Position numbers and translations under genes: made by a program | Shown here: positions 39,851 to 50,421 of the stretch, in pieces | How the letters are laid out: every line of letters starts with the position of its first letter | Position numbering within the stretch: the first letter of the stretch is position 1 | The notes under the pieces: generated by a model | Databases searched by the model: none | Told to the model about the DNA's origin: nothing | What the model saw: only the letters and a program-made list of their open reading frames with translations | From: Meyerozyma guilliermondii | Lineage: Eukaryota | DNA length: 64,000 nt | Reading direction: 5' to 3' | Assembly (NCBI GenBank): GCA_051546255.1 | Contig: CP128815.1 | Span: forward strand, 1,488,001 to 1,552,000

Positions 39851-42076
39851 CTACTTAATATACAATTCGGCAATCTTGGTGCTGATAACGTTTCTCAACA
39901 ACTTGATCGCATCGTCTCCGTTGCTGGGTATAGGCTTGCCTAGCTTTTTGACTGGTCGTCTCCAGTCCCATTGCTCCTTTGCGTCAACTTGAGGCATTGC
40001 TAAAGCTTCATGGTATAACTCTTCACTTTCGGCTTTCTCCTCTTTGCTTGCCAACGTATAGTAGTTGTCTATAAGTTCCACAAACATGATCATTTCAGGG
40101 AGCTGGGCGTCACATTCAAGAATAGACCCAAGAAACTGGCAGAAAAGAACCACGCAGAACTTTTTGGGTAAATGTTGAAACCGAAGAAGATGAATCAATC
40201 GAGACACTCCGGTTGTCTTTTGCTCCTTTTGGGCCAACAAAAACTCGGCGAAAACAGCATACGGAGAAAGACACTGTCGAATGACTGGATGTATATCGAA
40301 GTCGGGTGCTGTTTGCTTTAACACAACATTATTAATAAGGTCGTCATCGAATAATTGGCTGCTGACGACCGCTTCATGGAAAATTATATCCCACACAACC
40401 CGATGAATTTCCCTCATACTTTTCACTGATGTATCTGATGTTGACTGTTGATCGTAGCAATTGGCTAACATGTTCAACCCTTCGTAAATGTAGCCTTCTT
40501 TCAATGAATTCATACCATAAGTGTAGTACAATTCCTTTGCAGTGTGCACAAGGTTTAACGTTGCACAGATGGTGAGCCCCCACTCCAAGTCATCGTTGGT
40601 TTGGTAGTGATAGAGAGGTAAGAACGATTCTATGGTTCTTCTGTTGTGAACAATGGACAGGCTCGACGACGCAATATCCTCATTGAGAAGCAATCCGATT
40701 CCAACGGGGACCAAATCATGAGTATTGAGACATTGGTACGCCTGGGTAGTTAACAAGTATTCCGAAATGGTTCTCTGTGTCATGTAATCGTTTACGCTTT
40801 GCTTTACGTCAAAATCATAATACGATTTTAACAACCCTTTGACCTCAAGCAACCGAGACACATAGGCCGCAGTAGCCAGATCTAACTTGTCTATGGTAGT
40901 CAATACCTTGACAAAGCTTTCCTCCATGATATCCACGAAACATTGTTCTGTGAGCAAGTCTATATCCAACTCATCATAGCCTTCAGAAACGTCAACCGCA
41001 GGTGGAGGTTTTTCGTTGGTAGCAATGTCGAAATAGTCACGGAAAAGAGCGCTGTCCCTGACTTGAAAGAATGCTAAGGCTGTGAATATTTCGTACCAAC
41101 TGTCACAGTATGATGCAATGGTCTTTGGTAACCCTGTGATAATGCATAATAAGTCGTATATCTGAGACACAGTTTGCCGAAGCGACGAGTCCTCAACGTC
41201 CTCTTTCACACGAGGAGCTAAGTCCCTCGTCTCACAGCTTGATAACTTCCATTGTGCAAATTGACCCTTGAGAGCCATGCTAGAATAGGAGCCCAATAAC
41301 GTCTCAAAATCCTTGATGAGATCATAAACTTGCAGCTGCGACTCCTTAAGTTCCTCGTAGCCAGAATTAGATAGAGCCTCGAATGCCTGTTGGACAAGTC
41401 CACGAGTTAATAGTTGGGCAAGATAAGTATTCCAAAATTGAGGATGCGAGTATGGAGTGCGAGTTTTAAGCATAATAGATTCCACAAGCTCGTTTTCTGG
41501 CTTCATTTCGTACTTGTTGATCCACTTGGACACAAGTTCGGGTACTTGCTGTCCCAGGCTCAGAAAGTGAATCGCTTGCAAGCAATCAAGAATGTTTGAT
41601 ATACGATAGAACAGCGTAATGTCTTCATGGTTCTCATCTATCTTGTCAATGAATACTTGTAAGATATCAACGACATCAGCAAAGGCCCGATCAATCACAT
41701 TGTTTCTGTGGACGGTGCTAGAGTTGATTTTGGTTCCTTGTCTTCCCACAACAACTCCTAGTGGTTCATTGTCGTCAATGTCATTCGGCAAACCACCGAC
41801 ATTTTCTTCCAGTAACTTCTCGATCACCTTATACAATGAAGTCACATAGTTCGTGTAGGTTTTGGAAAAGTCGTCAGCTTGTGTTAAACTTTCTTCGTAT
41901 TGTTTGTGATCGAAATTGAATTCCATTCGTTGCAGAGTCTCGAGCCAGTCTTGCAATTTTAGTCTATTCTTGAGCCCAGAGGTTTCCAGTTCATCACTGG
42001 AAATGGAAGAATCATCTGGTATCTCAAGCATCTCTATGTCATGCTGAGGCACCTCACCAGGATTATTCACTGTCAT
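39851..42076 (-). CDS. NUP85: Nucleoporin Nup85, 741 aa
   Basis: WINKYEMKP...PYSHPQFWNTYLAQLLTRG, SWYE, ELVPVGIG-like (HDLVPVGIGLL), YQTNDDLEWGLTICATLNL; all-helical composition. Confidence 0.85.
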   Translation of the reverse strand: MTVNNPGEVPQHDIEMLEIPDDSSISSDELETSGLKNRLKLQDWLETLQRMEFNFDHKQYEESLTQADDFSKTYTNYVTSLYKVIEKLLEENVGGLPNDIDDNEPLGVVVGRQGTKINSSTVHRNNVIDRAFADVVDILQVFIDKIDENHEDITLFYRISNILDCLQAIHFLSLGQQVPELVSKWINKYEMKPENELVESIMLKTRTPYSHPQFWNTYLAQLLTRGLVQQAFEALSNSGYEELKESQLQVYDLIKDFETLLGSYSSMALKGQFAQWKLSSCETRDLAPRVKEDVEDSSLRQTVSQIYDLLCIITGLPKTIASYCDSWYEIFTALAFFQVRDSALFRDYFDIATNEKPPPAVDVSEGYDELDIDLLTEQCFVDIMEESFVKVLTTIDKLDLATAAYVSRLLEVKGLLKSYYDFDVKQSVNDYMTQRTISEYLLTTQAYQCLNTHDLVPVGIGLLLNEDIASSSLSIVHNRRTIESFLPLYHYQTNDDLEWGLTICATLNLVHTAKELYYTYGMNSLKEGYIYEGLNMLANCYDQQSTSDTSVKSMREIHRVVWDIIFHEAVVSSQLFDDDLINNVVLKQTAPDFDIHPVIRQCLSPYAVFAEFLLAQKEQKTTGVSRLIHLLRFQHLPKKFCVVLFCQFLGSILECDAQLPEMIMFVELIDNYYTLASKEEKAESEELYHEALAMPQVDAKEQWDWRRPVKKLGKPIPSNGDDAIKLLRNVISTKIAELYIK

Positions 42077-42165
42077 GATTGAAACTCGACTCTACGCGGG
42101 TTTATGATGAGCTTCGAAATAGTACCCCGCTTACATAATTCACGGGTGCAAAAAATTTGTATAGT

Positions 42166-45100
42166 CTATGTACATCTGAAGGTAGCTTCGTAGACGAGTC
42201 TTTGAATCAAAGGTTTGTTCTTGTAGCATGTTTTGAGTGCCTCCTTCAAAGACCTTAAAGCTTCTTCTGAGGCAATTCCTCGCTGGTCATAAGCTCGAAG
42301 ATTACTATCGAGCTCGAGCCATCTTCTCATGATTATGCTGTCAAGAAGTCCAGTATGAGGTTTGGAGTAGTTGTTGCCTTTATCGTCAATCCTCAAATGA
42401 GTCCAGTCTCGTTTCGAGGTCCAGGCAGCGAATTTTGCTCCCTTTGTTGCCAGAGTCTCAAGCACTTCTTGGTTTGCAACAAGCTCTGCTTGGCACTTGA
42501 GTAACGTTGGTTGCAAATCGTCCAACGTTTCATCGCTGATGAGATGGGAAACACAGTATATTCCCCCATCTGAGGTTCCTACTATGCCCGTTTGGTGCAC
42601 AAGTGGCTCAATAACTGGCCAAATTGCACCTTCTTCTGACACCGTTTGGGAAGAGGGAAGGGCCCTGAGAACATTGATTGGTTGGCCAATATTGAATGCA
42701 TATGATGTCGATACGGAATTTTCTTCCACAGTATTGCTTGAAAAGTTCCCCGTTGAATCTCCAAGAAAAAAATGCGTACCACCATCAAGTTTGTACGCCT
42801 CGAGAGCACTGAGGAACCAGGGTTCGTACTCAAGTTTAATGGGAAAAGAGGTGGTGTTCAAGGTTGTTTCATCACCTTCGCTATAGGTGGACCGAGATAA
42901 GGTGATTCCTCGGGACAAATCTCCAAAAATTGCCACATCGTCTATGGCGCTTACTTGTGTGAAACCTCGACTCTGAGCAACTGACGGTTCGATTATCTCC
43001 CAGATAAACTTATTTTCGTTGGGTGTCAACCTAGCCGCAAAATTGAGGTTCCCTGACAACACAAACGTTAGCTCATCGGCATTCAATAATGCAACAGAGT
43101 CTAGCGTTAGTCTTGATGAATCTATGATTCCCTCGACAATCGATGTCATTTCTATGATTCGATTCTTCTTCAATCTGTAACACTTGATGATGTCGTTATC
43201 GCGGGAGTTTTGAAGCACTGCAAATGAGTTTCTGGGTATATCACTAGCGCCTGGTAACGAGATTATGTCGACAACTTGGTCGCTACCAACTGGCAATCGA
43301 TGAAGCTCGCTCATGCTGACGGTATCCACCAACTTTAAAAAGAACAGCTGATCATTTGTTTGGTACTCTCTGCAGAGTACTATGGAAGACCGCTCAGTGA
43401 CACTTAGTATCTTTATACACAAATGGTCGCTGAACAAGGTACGTATGGGAAACGCAGCTTTATCAGTCACGGCCGAGAAAATGAACACTTTTGACCCAAA
43501 GAGTACTGCAAGACTTTTAGAGCTTAAAATGTGCACGTCCGTGAAGCAAATATCTTGATCCTTGAGTAGAGGACAAGGAAAAAAAAATTCCGTCGCTTCA
43601 TCAAAATGGAGGTAGAATGCCACATCCTCGTGATACAATACAGTGAAATTGCTTCCACTTGCAATAGATAATGGAAATGTTCCCAAATTTGAAACGACAG
43701 TCTTAGAGTCTCGGGGAGTACCTTTGGCCCAATCGATATTGATTTGAATTAGATCTCCTTGGGCTGATGTGATGATTGCCCAGATAGTCCGTTTGTCTCG
43801 ATACTTATCGTAGACCAAGGCACAATCTGCTATTCCATGCCCGCTGGAGAATTTACTGCTGTAGCATGTTTCGAAGTCTTCGGAATCAGCTTCAAGAAAA
43901 CAAAATGAACCGTCCCAGAAACACACCAAGAGGATATAATGAGAATCTCCTAAATCTTGGACATCAAACAGAGAGATTTCCTGGTCACCAAGCTGCTTTG
44001 AGTGGTGGAATTTACCATTGTGCTTGAGAACCAATTGCCCTCCCTGGGCAATATACGCATATGCTCCATTGGCCAAGAGCTTGCTTTTAACGACAGAAAC
44101 TTGTGTCTCCCCAGATTCGTCAAAGATCTGTTTCCTGGTAATTACCGGAAACTCAGACGTTGCTATCTGGCTCAAGTTTGTGGTTCCGGTTGCTATCAGC
44201 CACCCACTCTCACCTTTTTCAGATTGAACTGTTTCTATCATCTCCCCTAGTACATCGTAAACACCATATATGCATTTCGTCCCATCATCAAAAATCTTCA
44301 AGAGTCTATTGGCATTCTTTCCTACATTAATAGGATCTTCTTTGGACTTGAGCAGGACTGTTGCATCCAGAAATTGTCGTAATTCTCCGCTATTCGTGCC
44401 TCCTTGACAAGTCAAAAGTTGTAATTTGCTTTTGGTTTTTGCAAGACTTATATCAAGTATAGGTGGAGACGATGGCATGAACTTCTGAACGGTAATATGA
44501 GGGGCAGAAACCCGAACGTTGAAAAATAGTGATTGAGATAATCTGGATGATGCAAAGAAAAGGCTCCCAGTCAAGTGGTGGACACTAGTTGGTACGGTGG
44601 TTTTTCCTAGTTCCACAAGATCGAGGGACAGGACCGCAACTGAATCTCTTTGACTGATGGCTTGTAAAAGTAACACATAGGCAGTGCCCTTATTGGAAAT
44701 AAGCAACGACCTTGAAAAATCTATGTTTGTACAGCACAGGATGTTGTCAATGGTAGTTGATAGTGAAGATGTGATAGTTTGGTTATCATAACTCACTGAT
44801 ATTTTTGGGTCTCGAGAATCGTTAGTGAGTTCAAGATATGATATATGAGGACTCGGGAAGTAGAATACATGTTTTGTGGAGAACACAACTACCCCTCCCA
44901 CTTCTGGTGTCATTATTTGGTCGATAGGCTCGGCAAACTCTCTAAATTGTTTCACCATTTTGAACTTATTCAGAGCATGATTCACTTCGTAATAACGGAG
45001 TGAAAAATTGAGATTATAGTCTCTGTACAAAATAGCCACAATGTTATCCTTTGAGTTGTCCAGCAAAGCTCGTATACTCCGAACCAGGACGCTTCCAATA

Positions 45101-45558
45101 GAAAAAGAACGTAAAGTGTAGCCTTCGGTTGTGCGGCCCCTCTTTCTGGCAAGTGGCTGATCTTCTATAGAAACGATCAGCACGACGTTTTGAAAACAAT
45201 GAAATAAGAAACATCCGTCGAGCGCAACAATCGTAGCCTTTCCATCAAGGCATTGCTGTTGTCCACGTTGGTCCAATTTGATGTTCTTCCTACATTTGAG
45301 ACCATCATTTAAGTCGAGAAAAAGAAGCCTAAAGTCTCTTGTCAAAAGCGCTAGAAGAGTACCGGAATGAGCCATTGCCCATATTGGCAGTTCTGTCCTT
45401 ATACTGTCAACAAGGACGAAATTTTGGTCTTTTTGAACCGCATAAAAATTGACACTTTCAACTGTTGCAGTTACAAGTAACGATAATTTTTGGGTGGAAA
45501 TGAAGTCGGAGCATGTAATGCCCTTTGGTCCAGCAACCTCAGAGAGCACGCATAGCAT
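42166..45558 (-). CDS. Divergent DDB1/Mms1-type multi-beta-propeller cullin adaptor, 1130 aa
   Basis: Size and beta-rich composition; LFFASSRLSQSLFF...SPPILDI...LLTCQGG..SGELR resembles the DDB1/Rse1/CPSF160 propeller junction; later FGDLSRGI, LGDSTGN, FNIGQPIN, GTSDGGI match DDB1 C-propeller motifs. Confidence 0.7.
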   Translation of the reverse strand: MLCVLSEVAGPKGITCSDFISTQKLSLLVTATVESVNFYAVQKDQNFVLVDSIRTELPIWAMAHSGTLLALLTRDFRLLFLDLNDGLKCRKNIKLDQRGQQQCLDGKATIVALDGCFLFHCFQNVVLIVSIEDQPLARKRGRTTEGYTLRSFSIGSVLVRSIRALLDNSKDNIVAILYRDYNLNFSLRYYEVNHALNKFKMVKQFREFAEPIDQIMTPEVGGVVVFSTKHVFYFPSPHISYLELTNDSRDPKISVSYDNQTITSSLSTTIDNILCCTNIDFSRSLLISNKGTAYVLLLQAISQRDSVAVLSLDLVELGKTTVPTSVHHLTGSLFFASSRLSQSLFFNVRVSAPHITVQKFMPSSPPILDISLAKTKSKLQLLTCQGGTNSGELRQFLDATVLLKSKEDPINVGKNANRLLKIFDDGTKCIYGVYDVLGEMIETVQSEKGESGWLIATGTTNLSQIATSEFPVITRKQIFDESGETQVSVVKSKLLANGAYAYIAQGGQLVLKHNGKFHHSKQLGDQEISLFDVQDLGDSHYILLVCFWDGSFCFLEADSEDFETCYSSKFSSGHGIADCALVYDKYRDKRTIWAIITSAQGDLIQINIDWAKGTPRDSKTVVSNLGTFPLSIASGSNFTVLYHEDVAFYLHFDEATEFFFPCPLLKDQDICFTDVHILSSKSLAVLFGSKVFIFSAVTDKAAFPIRTLFSDHLCIKILSVTERSSIVLCREYQTNDQLFFLKLVDTVSMSELHRLPVGSDQVVDIISLPGASDIPRNSFAVLQNSRDNDIIKCYRLKKNRIIEMTSIVEGIIDSSRLTLDSVALLNADELTFVLSGNLNFAARLTPNENKFIWEIIEPSVAQSRGFTQVSAIDDVAIFGDLSRGITLSRSTYSEGDETTLNTTSFPIKLEYEPWFLSALEAYKLDGGTHFFLGDSTGNFSSNTVEENSVSTSYAFNIGQPINVLRALPSSQTVSEEGAIWPVIEPLVHQTGIVGTSDGGIYCVSHLISDETLDDLQPTLLKCQAELVANQEVLETLATKGAKFAAWTSKRDWTHLRIDDKGNNYSKPHTGLLDSIIMRRWLELDSNLRAYDQRGIASEEALRSLKEALKTCYKNKPLIQRLVYEATFRCT

Positions 45559-45967
45559 GATACCGGTGTGAACTATCTGTTCAATTGCATCAACAAGGAG
45601 GCAAGGAAAGAGTGAAGAGATGAAGAATATGGTCCGATAACGAGAACTGAATGCAGGAATGTGGCTGCAAGCCGATGAGGGGGGTCAATAAAAATGGAGA
45701 TAAATTGATGAAAAAAAAACAAAAACAAAAGAGATAACAAAACTCAAAAGTGGACTAAATCCGGTTCTGGACTTTCACAGGATAATCTGCATCCTTTTAA
45801 AATTGCTCTTCTCTCTTAACCGGCTGCGCTCAACGCGGCGGTGCTGGCTTATCTGCAGAACACATACGAGTTTGTGGTCAAGCAGCCCCCCTTCAGAAGG
45901 CACAGCAAATTGGGAGTTGGAAACTTCATAATACATTTTCAAGCTGAACACATTCAGCTTTTCTCTG

Positions 45968-48574
45968 ATGCTGAAAGATACGTTGGCGAGACTGAAAAGT
46001 ACGTCTGACGCTTTAAAGAGATCCAACTCGAAATGGAAGGTGTTTGATTTACTTAAAAAACCGCCACAAACTGACGCCGAGGTGAGTGTGGAAGACCCTG
46101 GGGAGGTTCTTGGTGAAGACATGGTCAACAATTGCCAATGTTGTGATACTGTGGTGATTTTTCCTAAAACTTTTCCCAAATACCGATGTCTGGTTTGTAA
46201 CACAACCAACATAATAATTGGTACTGTTGATGATTTGTATCCCGATAAAGAAGTGCCACATCCCATGTCACTTAGTCACATCAAGAAGCTTATCGAGCGG
46301 TGCTTGCAGACTGCCGAACAGTGTAAAAGGTCAAATCAACCAATATCGACCCACGACATATTTGAACCCTTATCTTCCTATCTTCATCAAGCATGCCGAA
46401 CTTTTGCTTGTTTAAACTCTTCGTTCAAGATCAAAAAGTCAAGTAGAAAGGTGCACAGATCTGGCCCCAATATCAAATCCGATGACGTTAAAGAGGCATT
46501 CATGCTACTCACTAAGCTACCTACTTCGCGACCATTATATCTGGCGCTTCTGGGTCTTTCGTCTTTGTTAAAGCGAGTCTACCTCTCAATGCCAGATGAC
46601 CCAAAGAACCTTTACTGGATCATGATTGTTCTCGAGATTCCGTTTCTCTCACATGCTTTAATCCATACGGAGAAAAAGTCAATGCTGCCTGTTCCAATGC
46701 TAGCCGTGGCAGAAATAAGAGCCATGTGCTACGATATTGTGAAGCGTTTGATAGGCATACTATCTCATTCCATGTCACCCGCGGCAACACCTTATCTTAG
46801 CAGCTGGTTTGCTAGGATGGACTTTCTCAAATTTGCATCTAAAGTTGACTTGATCAACTTGTACATAACTTTTCATCTAAAAAAGTACTTTTTGATGGCC
46901 AACAACCCAGAGGTTTCCAGACGAGGAAGCGCAACAGGGTCCCATCCTCGGTTGCACCCCACCGATAGAGAATACTTTGAGAGCTCGGTATTGAAAAATG
47001 ATATAGAAGCAGAGCAAGAGGGCCGTTTGATCTCCACCAACTTACCTCCCAATACTTCAAAGAAGGGGAAGAAAGACACCAAGGTTCGTATACATCAGTA
47101 TGGAACTGACTGGCATCTCAAGACAGCCTGTATGGTTTTATTATTTTGCTTTCGTGCCAATCGAATGAGACTCGAGACTGATAGACTTCTAGTCAGTGCA
47201 TTCTATAATTCCCTTGTTGATTTCGTCAATATCAAGTTGGATTTTGACTTTTGGCAATCAAGCAAGAAGTTTCTGAACACAAAGAAGAACCAGGAGCAGC
47301 CTGAATTGCAGACTGTCATTGACTATATTCACGGACATAATTCCTTCAAGTATAACGATAAGGCATCGTTTTTCTTCTGCAACTATCCAATCTTGGTGTC
47401 CCTTGGTGGAAAGATAACCATCTTGGAATACGAGGCGAGAAGACAGATGGAACGCAAAGCAGAAGAAGCCTTTATCGATTCGCTCGATAAAAAGAAGGTT
47501 TTCGACCTCTATTTTAAGGTTAGGGTGCGCAGAGAGTATATTGTTCAGGACTCGTTACATTGCATTAAAACAAACACAGCTAATTTGAAAAAGAGTCTTC
47601 GAGTTCAGTTTGTCAACGAGCCAGGAGTTGACGCTGGAGGATTGAAAAAGGACTGGTTTTTGAATTTGACAAAAGTGATTTTCGATCCTTCAGCAGGTAT
47701 GCTTACCAACGTCGACGAGTCCAACTTACTATGGTTCAACCTTGTTCCTGTTGATAATCACGAGATATATTACTTGTTCGGGTCTATATTGGGATTGGCC
47801 ATCTACAACTCCACCATATTGGATTTGAGGTTTCCTTCAGCTATGTATAAGCTACTTTTGGGTCATCCAGTGGGGTTTGGTGATTACCAGCAATTGTTTC
47901 CCGAGTCAGCAATAAACCTAAGCAAGCTACTCGATTATCCTCCTAATGTTATTGAGAGCCTTGGACTTACTTTTGAAGTAAATTTCAAAGATCTGTTTGG
48001 AAGACTCCGTCAGAAGGAACTAGTTGCGGGAGGTTCAAGAAGATATGTTTCTGACGAGAACAAACATGAATATGTCGAGAGGTATTGTCAATTTTTCATG
48101 TATGACGGCATAGCAAACCAAGTTCAATTGTTTGTCAAAGGGTTTTCAACGGTTGTTAGCGGCAATGCCCTTTCCCTTTTTCTGCCTGAAGAGATTGAAT
48201 TGCTTCTTTGCGGAAACGATGAAGGCAAGTTGAACGTTGAAATTTTACGGTCCATCACCAAGTACGTCGGCTTTAATGGTGAGCCCAATCAAAGCCAGCT
48301 AGTTACTTGGTTCTGGGAATACGCCAATGGACTCACGTACTCGCAACAGAAGAAATTACTTCGGTTTGTCACTGGCTCTGACAGGGTCCCTGCGACTGGT
48401 CTACAAAATATGGCGTTCAAAATCAGCATGGCTGGAAGCCGCGATACGGAAAGGCTTCCAATAGCACATACGTGCTTTAACGAATTGGCACTTTACAACT
48501 ACAAAAGCAAGGAGAAGATGGTACGAAAGCTCAATATAGCCATCAATGAGAGTGCAGGATTCGGCTTGAAGTAG
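45968..48574 (+). CDS. HUL4: HECT E3 ubiquitin ligase Hul4, 868 aa
   Basis: N-terminal CQCC...RCLVC; KITILEYEARRQME; EPGVDAGGLKKDWF; LLRFVTGSDRVP; catalytic LPIAHTCFN. Confidence 0.92.
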   Translation: MLKDTLARLKSTSDALKRSNSKWKVFDLLKKPPQTDAEVSVEDPGEVLGEDMVNNCQCCDTVVIFPKTFPKYRCLVCNTTNIIIGTVDDLYPDKEVPHPMSLSHIKKLIERCLQTAEQCKRSNQPISTHDIFEPLSSYLHQACRTFACLNSSFKIKKSSRKVHRSGPNIKSDDVKEAFMLLTKLPTSRPLYLALLGLSSLLKRVYLSMPDDPKNLYWIMIVLEIPFLSHALIHTEKKSMLPVPMLAVAEIRAMCYDIVKRLIGILSHSMSPAATPYLSSWFARMDFLKFASKVDLINLYITFHLKKYFLMANNPEVSRRGSATGSHPRLHPTDREYFESSVLKNDIEAEQEGRLISTNLPPNTSKKGKKDTKVRIHQYGTDWHLKTACMVLLFCFRANRMRLETDRLLVSAFYNSLVDFVNIKLDFDFWQSSKKFLNTKKNQEQPELQTVIDYIHGHNSFKYNDKASFFFCNYPILVSLGGKITILEYEARRQMERKAEEAFIDSLDKKKVFDLYFKVRVRREYIVQDSLHCIKTNTANLKKSLRVQFVNEPGVDAGGLKKDWFLNLTKVIFDPSAGMLTNVDESNLLWFNLVPVDNHEIYYLFGSILGLAIYNSTILDLRFPSAMYKLLLGHPVGFGDYQQLFPESAINLSKLLDYPPNVIESLGLTFEVNFKDLFGRLRQKELVAGGSRRYVSDENKHEYVERYCQFFMYDGIANQVQLFVKGFSTVVSGNALSLFLPEEIELLLCGNDEGKLNVEILRSITKYVGFNGEPNQSQLVTWFWEYANGLTYSQQKKLLRFVTGSDRVPATGLQNMAFKISMAGSRDTERLPIAHTCFNELALYNYKSKEKMVRKLNIAINESAGFGLK

Positions 48575-48775
48575 ATAGAATATATGATAGAAGCATCCCC
48601 ATAAGTTAAAATAAGACTTAAATTATGTAGTATAGTCTCAAACTACTTAGTATGGTCTCGAGCTACTTAGCACAGTCTGGTCAACACATTTTGACCAAGT
48701 TGCTGCCGCACCTTGGTCACCACCTTTCGCAGCCATTTCTCCGAACGTCAACTTGGGCCGCGCACGCCGGCGCAG

Positions 48776-48782
48776 CCAATGA
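48776..48782 (+). promoter_or_regulatory. CCAAT box (Hap complex site) upstream of RIP1
   Basis: GCAGCCAATGAG about 65 bp upstream of the RIP1 ATG. Hap2/3/5 control of respiratory genes is established, but the motif is short. Confidence 0.5.
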
Positions 48783-48841
48783 GAACAACCGAAAATCGTG
48801 AAAATCATAAGGTACAGAGCACTTAGTTTATTCGAACCACC

Positions 48842-49571
48842 ATGTCGATTGCATACAGAGCCATGAGAAGTGGCTTGGGCCTTAAAGGTATGTACTATAC
48901 AGATGTGTGGAGCTCATAGAGTCATCCATGATTGCCACAGAAGCACATGTATAATTTTTCATCATGAAACTAACCCAGGTTCCGTTAGAGCATTGTCATC
49001 TTCGACCCAATCGTTGTCCAGCTACCAACAGCCCGACTTCTCAAGCTACTTGAACAACAAGACTGACCAAAAGAGCCGTAATTTCACCTACTTTATGGTG
49101 GGTTCTATGGGTTTGTTGTCAGCTGCCGGAGCCAAGTCGACCGTCGAAGCTTTCTTGTCTTCCATGGCAGCTTCTGCCGATGTGTTGGCTATGGCTAAGG
49201 TCGAGGTCAAGTTGGGAGCCATTCCAGAGGGCAAAAATGTCATTGTCAAATGGCAAGGTAAGCCGGTGTTCATCAGACATAGAACTGCCGAAGAAATTGA
49301 TGAGGCCAACAAAGTGGACATCAAGAAGTTGAGAGACCCCCAAAATGATGCAGACCGTGTCAAGAAACCCGAATGGTTGGTGATGTTGGGTATCTGTACC
49401 CACTTGGGATGTGTGCCAATCGGAGAAGCTGGTGATTTCGGAGGATGGTTCTGTCCTTGTCATGGATCGCATTACGACATTTCTGGTAGAATCAGAAGAG
49501 GACCAGCACCATTGAACTTGGAGATTCCCGAGTACGACTTCACAGATGATGAGACCTTGCTTGTTGGTTAG
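48842..49571 (+). CDS. RIP1: Rieske iron-sulfur protein of complex III; two exons, 212 aa
   Basis: Exon 1 48842-48887 (MSIAYRAMRSGLGLK); intron 48888-48978 (GTATGT...AACTAAC-C-CAG); exon 2 48979-49571; CTHLGC and CPCHGS motifs. Confidence 0.97.
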
Positions 49572-49673
49572 CATATAGTATGTAAAAATAGATATTGAGG
49601 TAAAGACTAAATAACTTCAATCTTTCCACTCTTTTTGATCTTGTCTACATTCTATTTCTCTCGTGTCGTACAT

Positions 49674-50114
49674 TCAATATCTAGCATGTTGTCTTTCGTT
49701 AAATGGATTCTCATCATCATAGGCTCCTCGTCCCTGGTACGAAGGCTGCGGTCCATCATCATATGCTCTTTGTCCTTGGTATGCGGGCTGCGGTCCATAT
49801 CGCATGGGTGCAGCCACCGGCTGGTACATATTAGGATTATTATATGGACTTTGTTTCTCTTGGTAAACCACAGGCTTCGAAGAGCGACAACAGCAACAGC
49901 ACAATGCTTCCAAGCAATTGACTCCCATGCACAAACACTGAATAATCGTTGATATGGCCCATAAAGCGACCAAAACAGCCAATACTATACCGACAATTGC
50001 AACAATTTTGCAGGTTTTATTGTCCATACAAGTATCCCATGACTTGAATGAATCGGCAGTAGATTTCACGTTGTCGCCAAAGTCTCGGCGAAATAAGTTG
50101 CTTCCAATATACAT
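49674..50114 (-). CDS. PIN2: Pin2-like single-pass membrane protein, 146 aa
   Basis: SFKSWDTCMDNKTCKIVAIVGIVLA, Cys cluster CCCCC (palmitoylation-like), Q/N/Y/P-rich tail with NPF motif. Confidence 0.85.
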   Translation of the reverse strand: MYIGSNLFRRDFGDNVKSTADSFKSWDTCMDNKTCKIVAIVGIVLAVLVALWAISTIIQCLCMGVNCLEALCCCCCRSSKPVVYQEKQSPYNNPNMYQPVAAPMRYGPQPAYQGQRAYDDGPQPSYQGRGAYDDENPFNERQHARY

Positions 50115-50421
50115 GTTTAAATTTATCAGTAAGATATCGATAGGAGATGCAGCCGCTTATAAGTATTTTTTCGTGCGGCGCAAATCTCCTATCTATTTTT
50201 AAAGCTGGTATAAGGCTGAGCAGAGCTAGTGATGACAGAACTGCGGCACAAAAAAATTTGGTAACCAATTAATTCCTGGTCGATCAATTGTGACTGATAA
50301 ACCACATACTATAGCCTCCATTGGTTGGTATCAGGCATTTTGTCTCATATCGGTTTCATAAAAAAATGGCGATTCGCGTCCACTCTTGAGGGCCGCACTG
50401 CCTTTGCCAAGAGGCTGAGGA

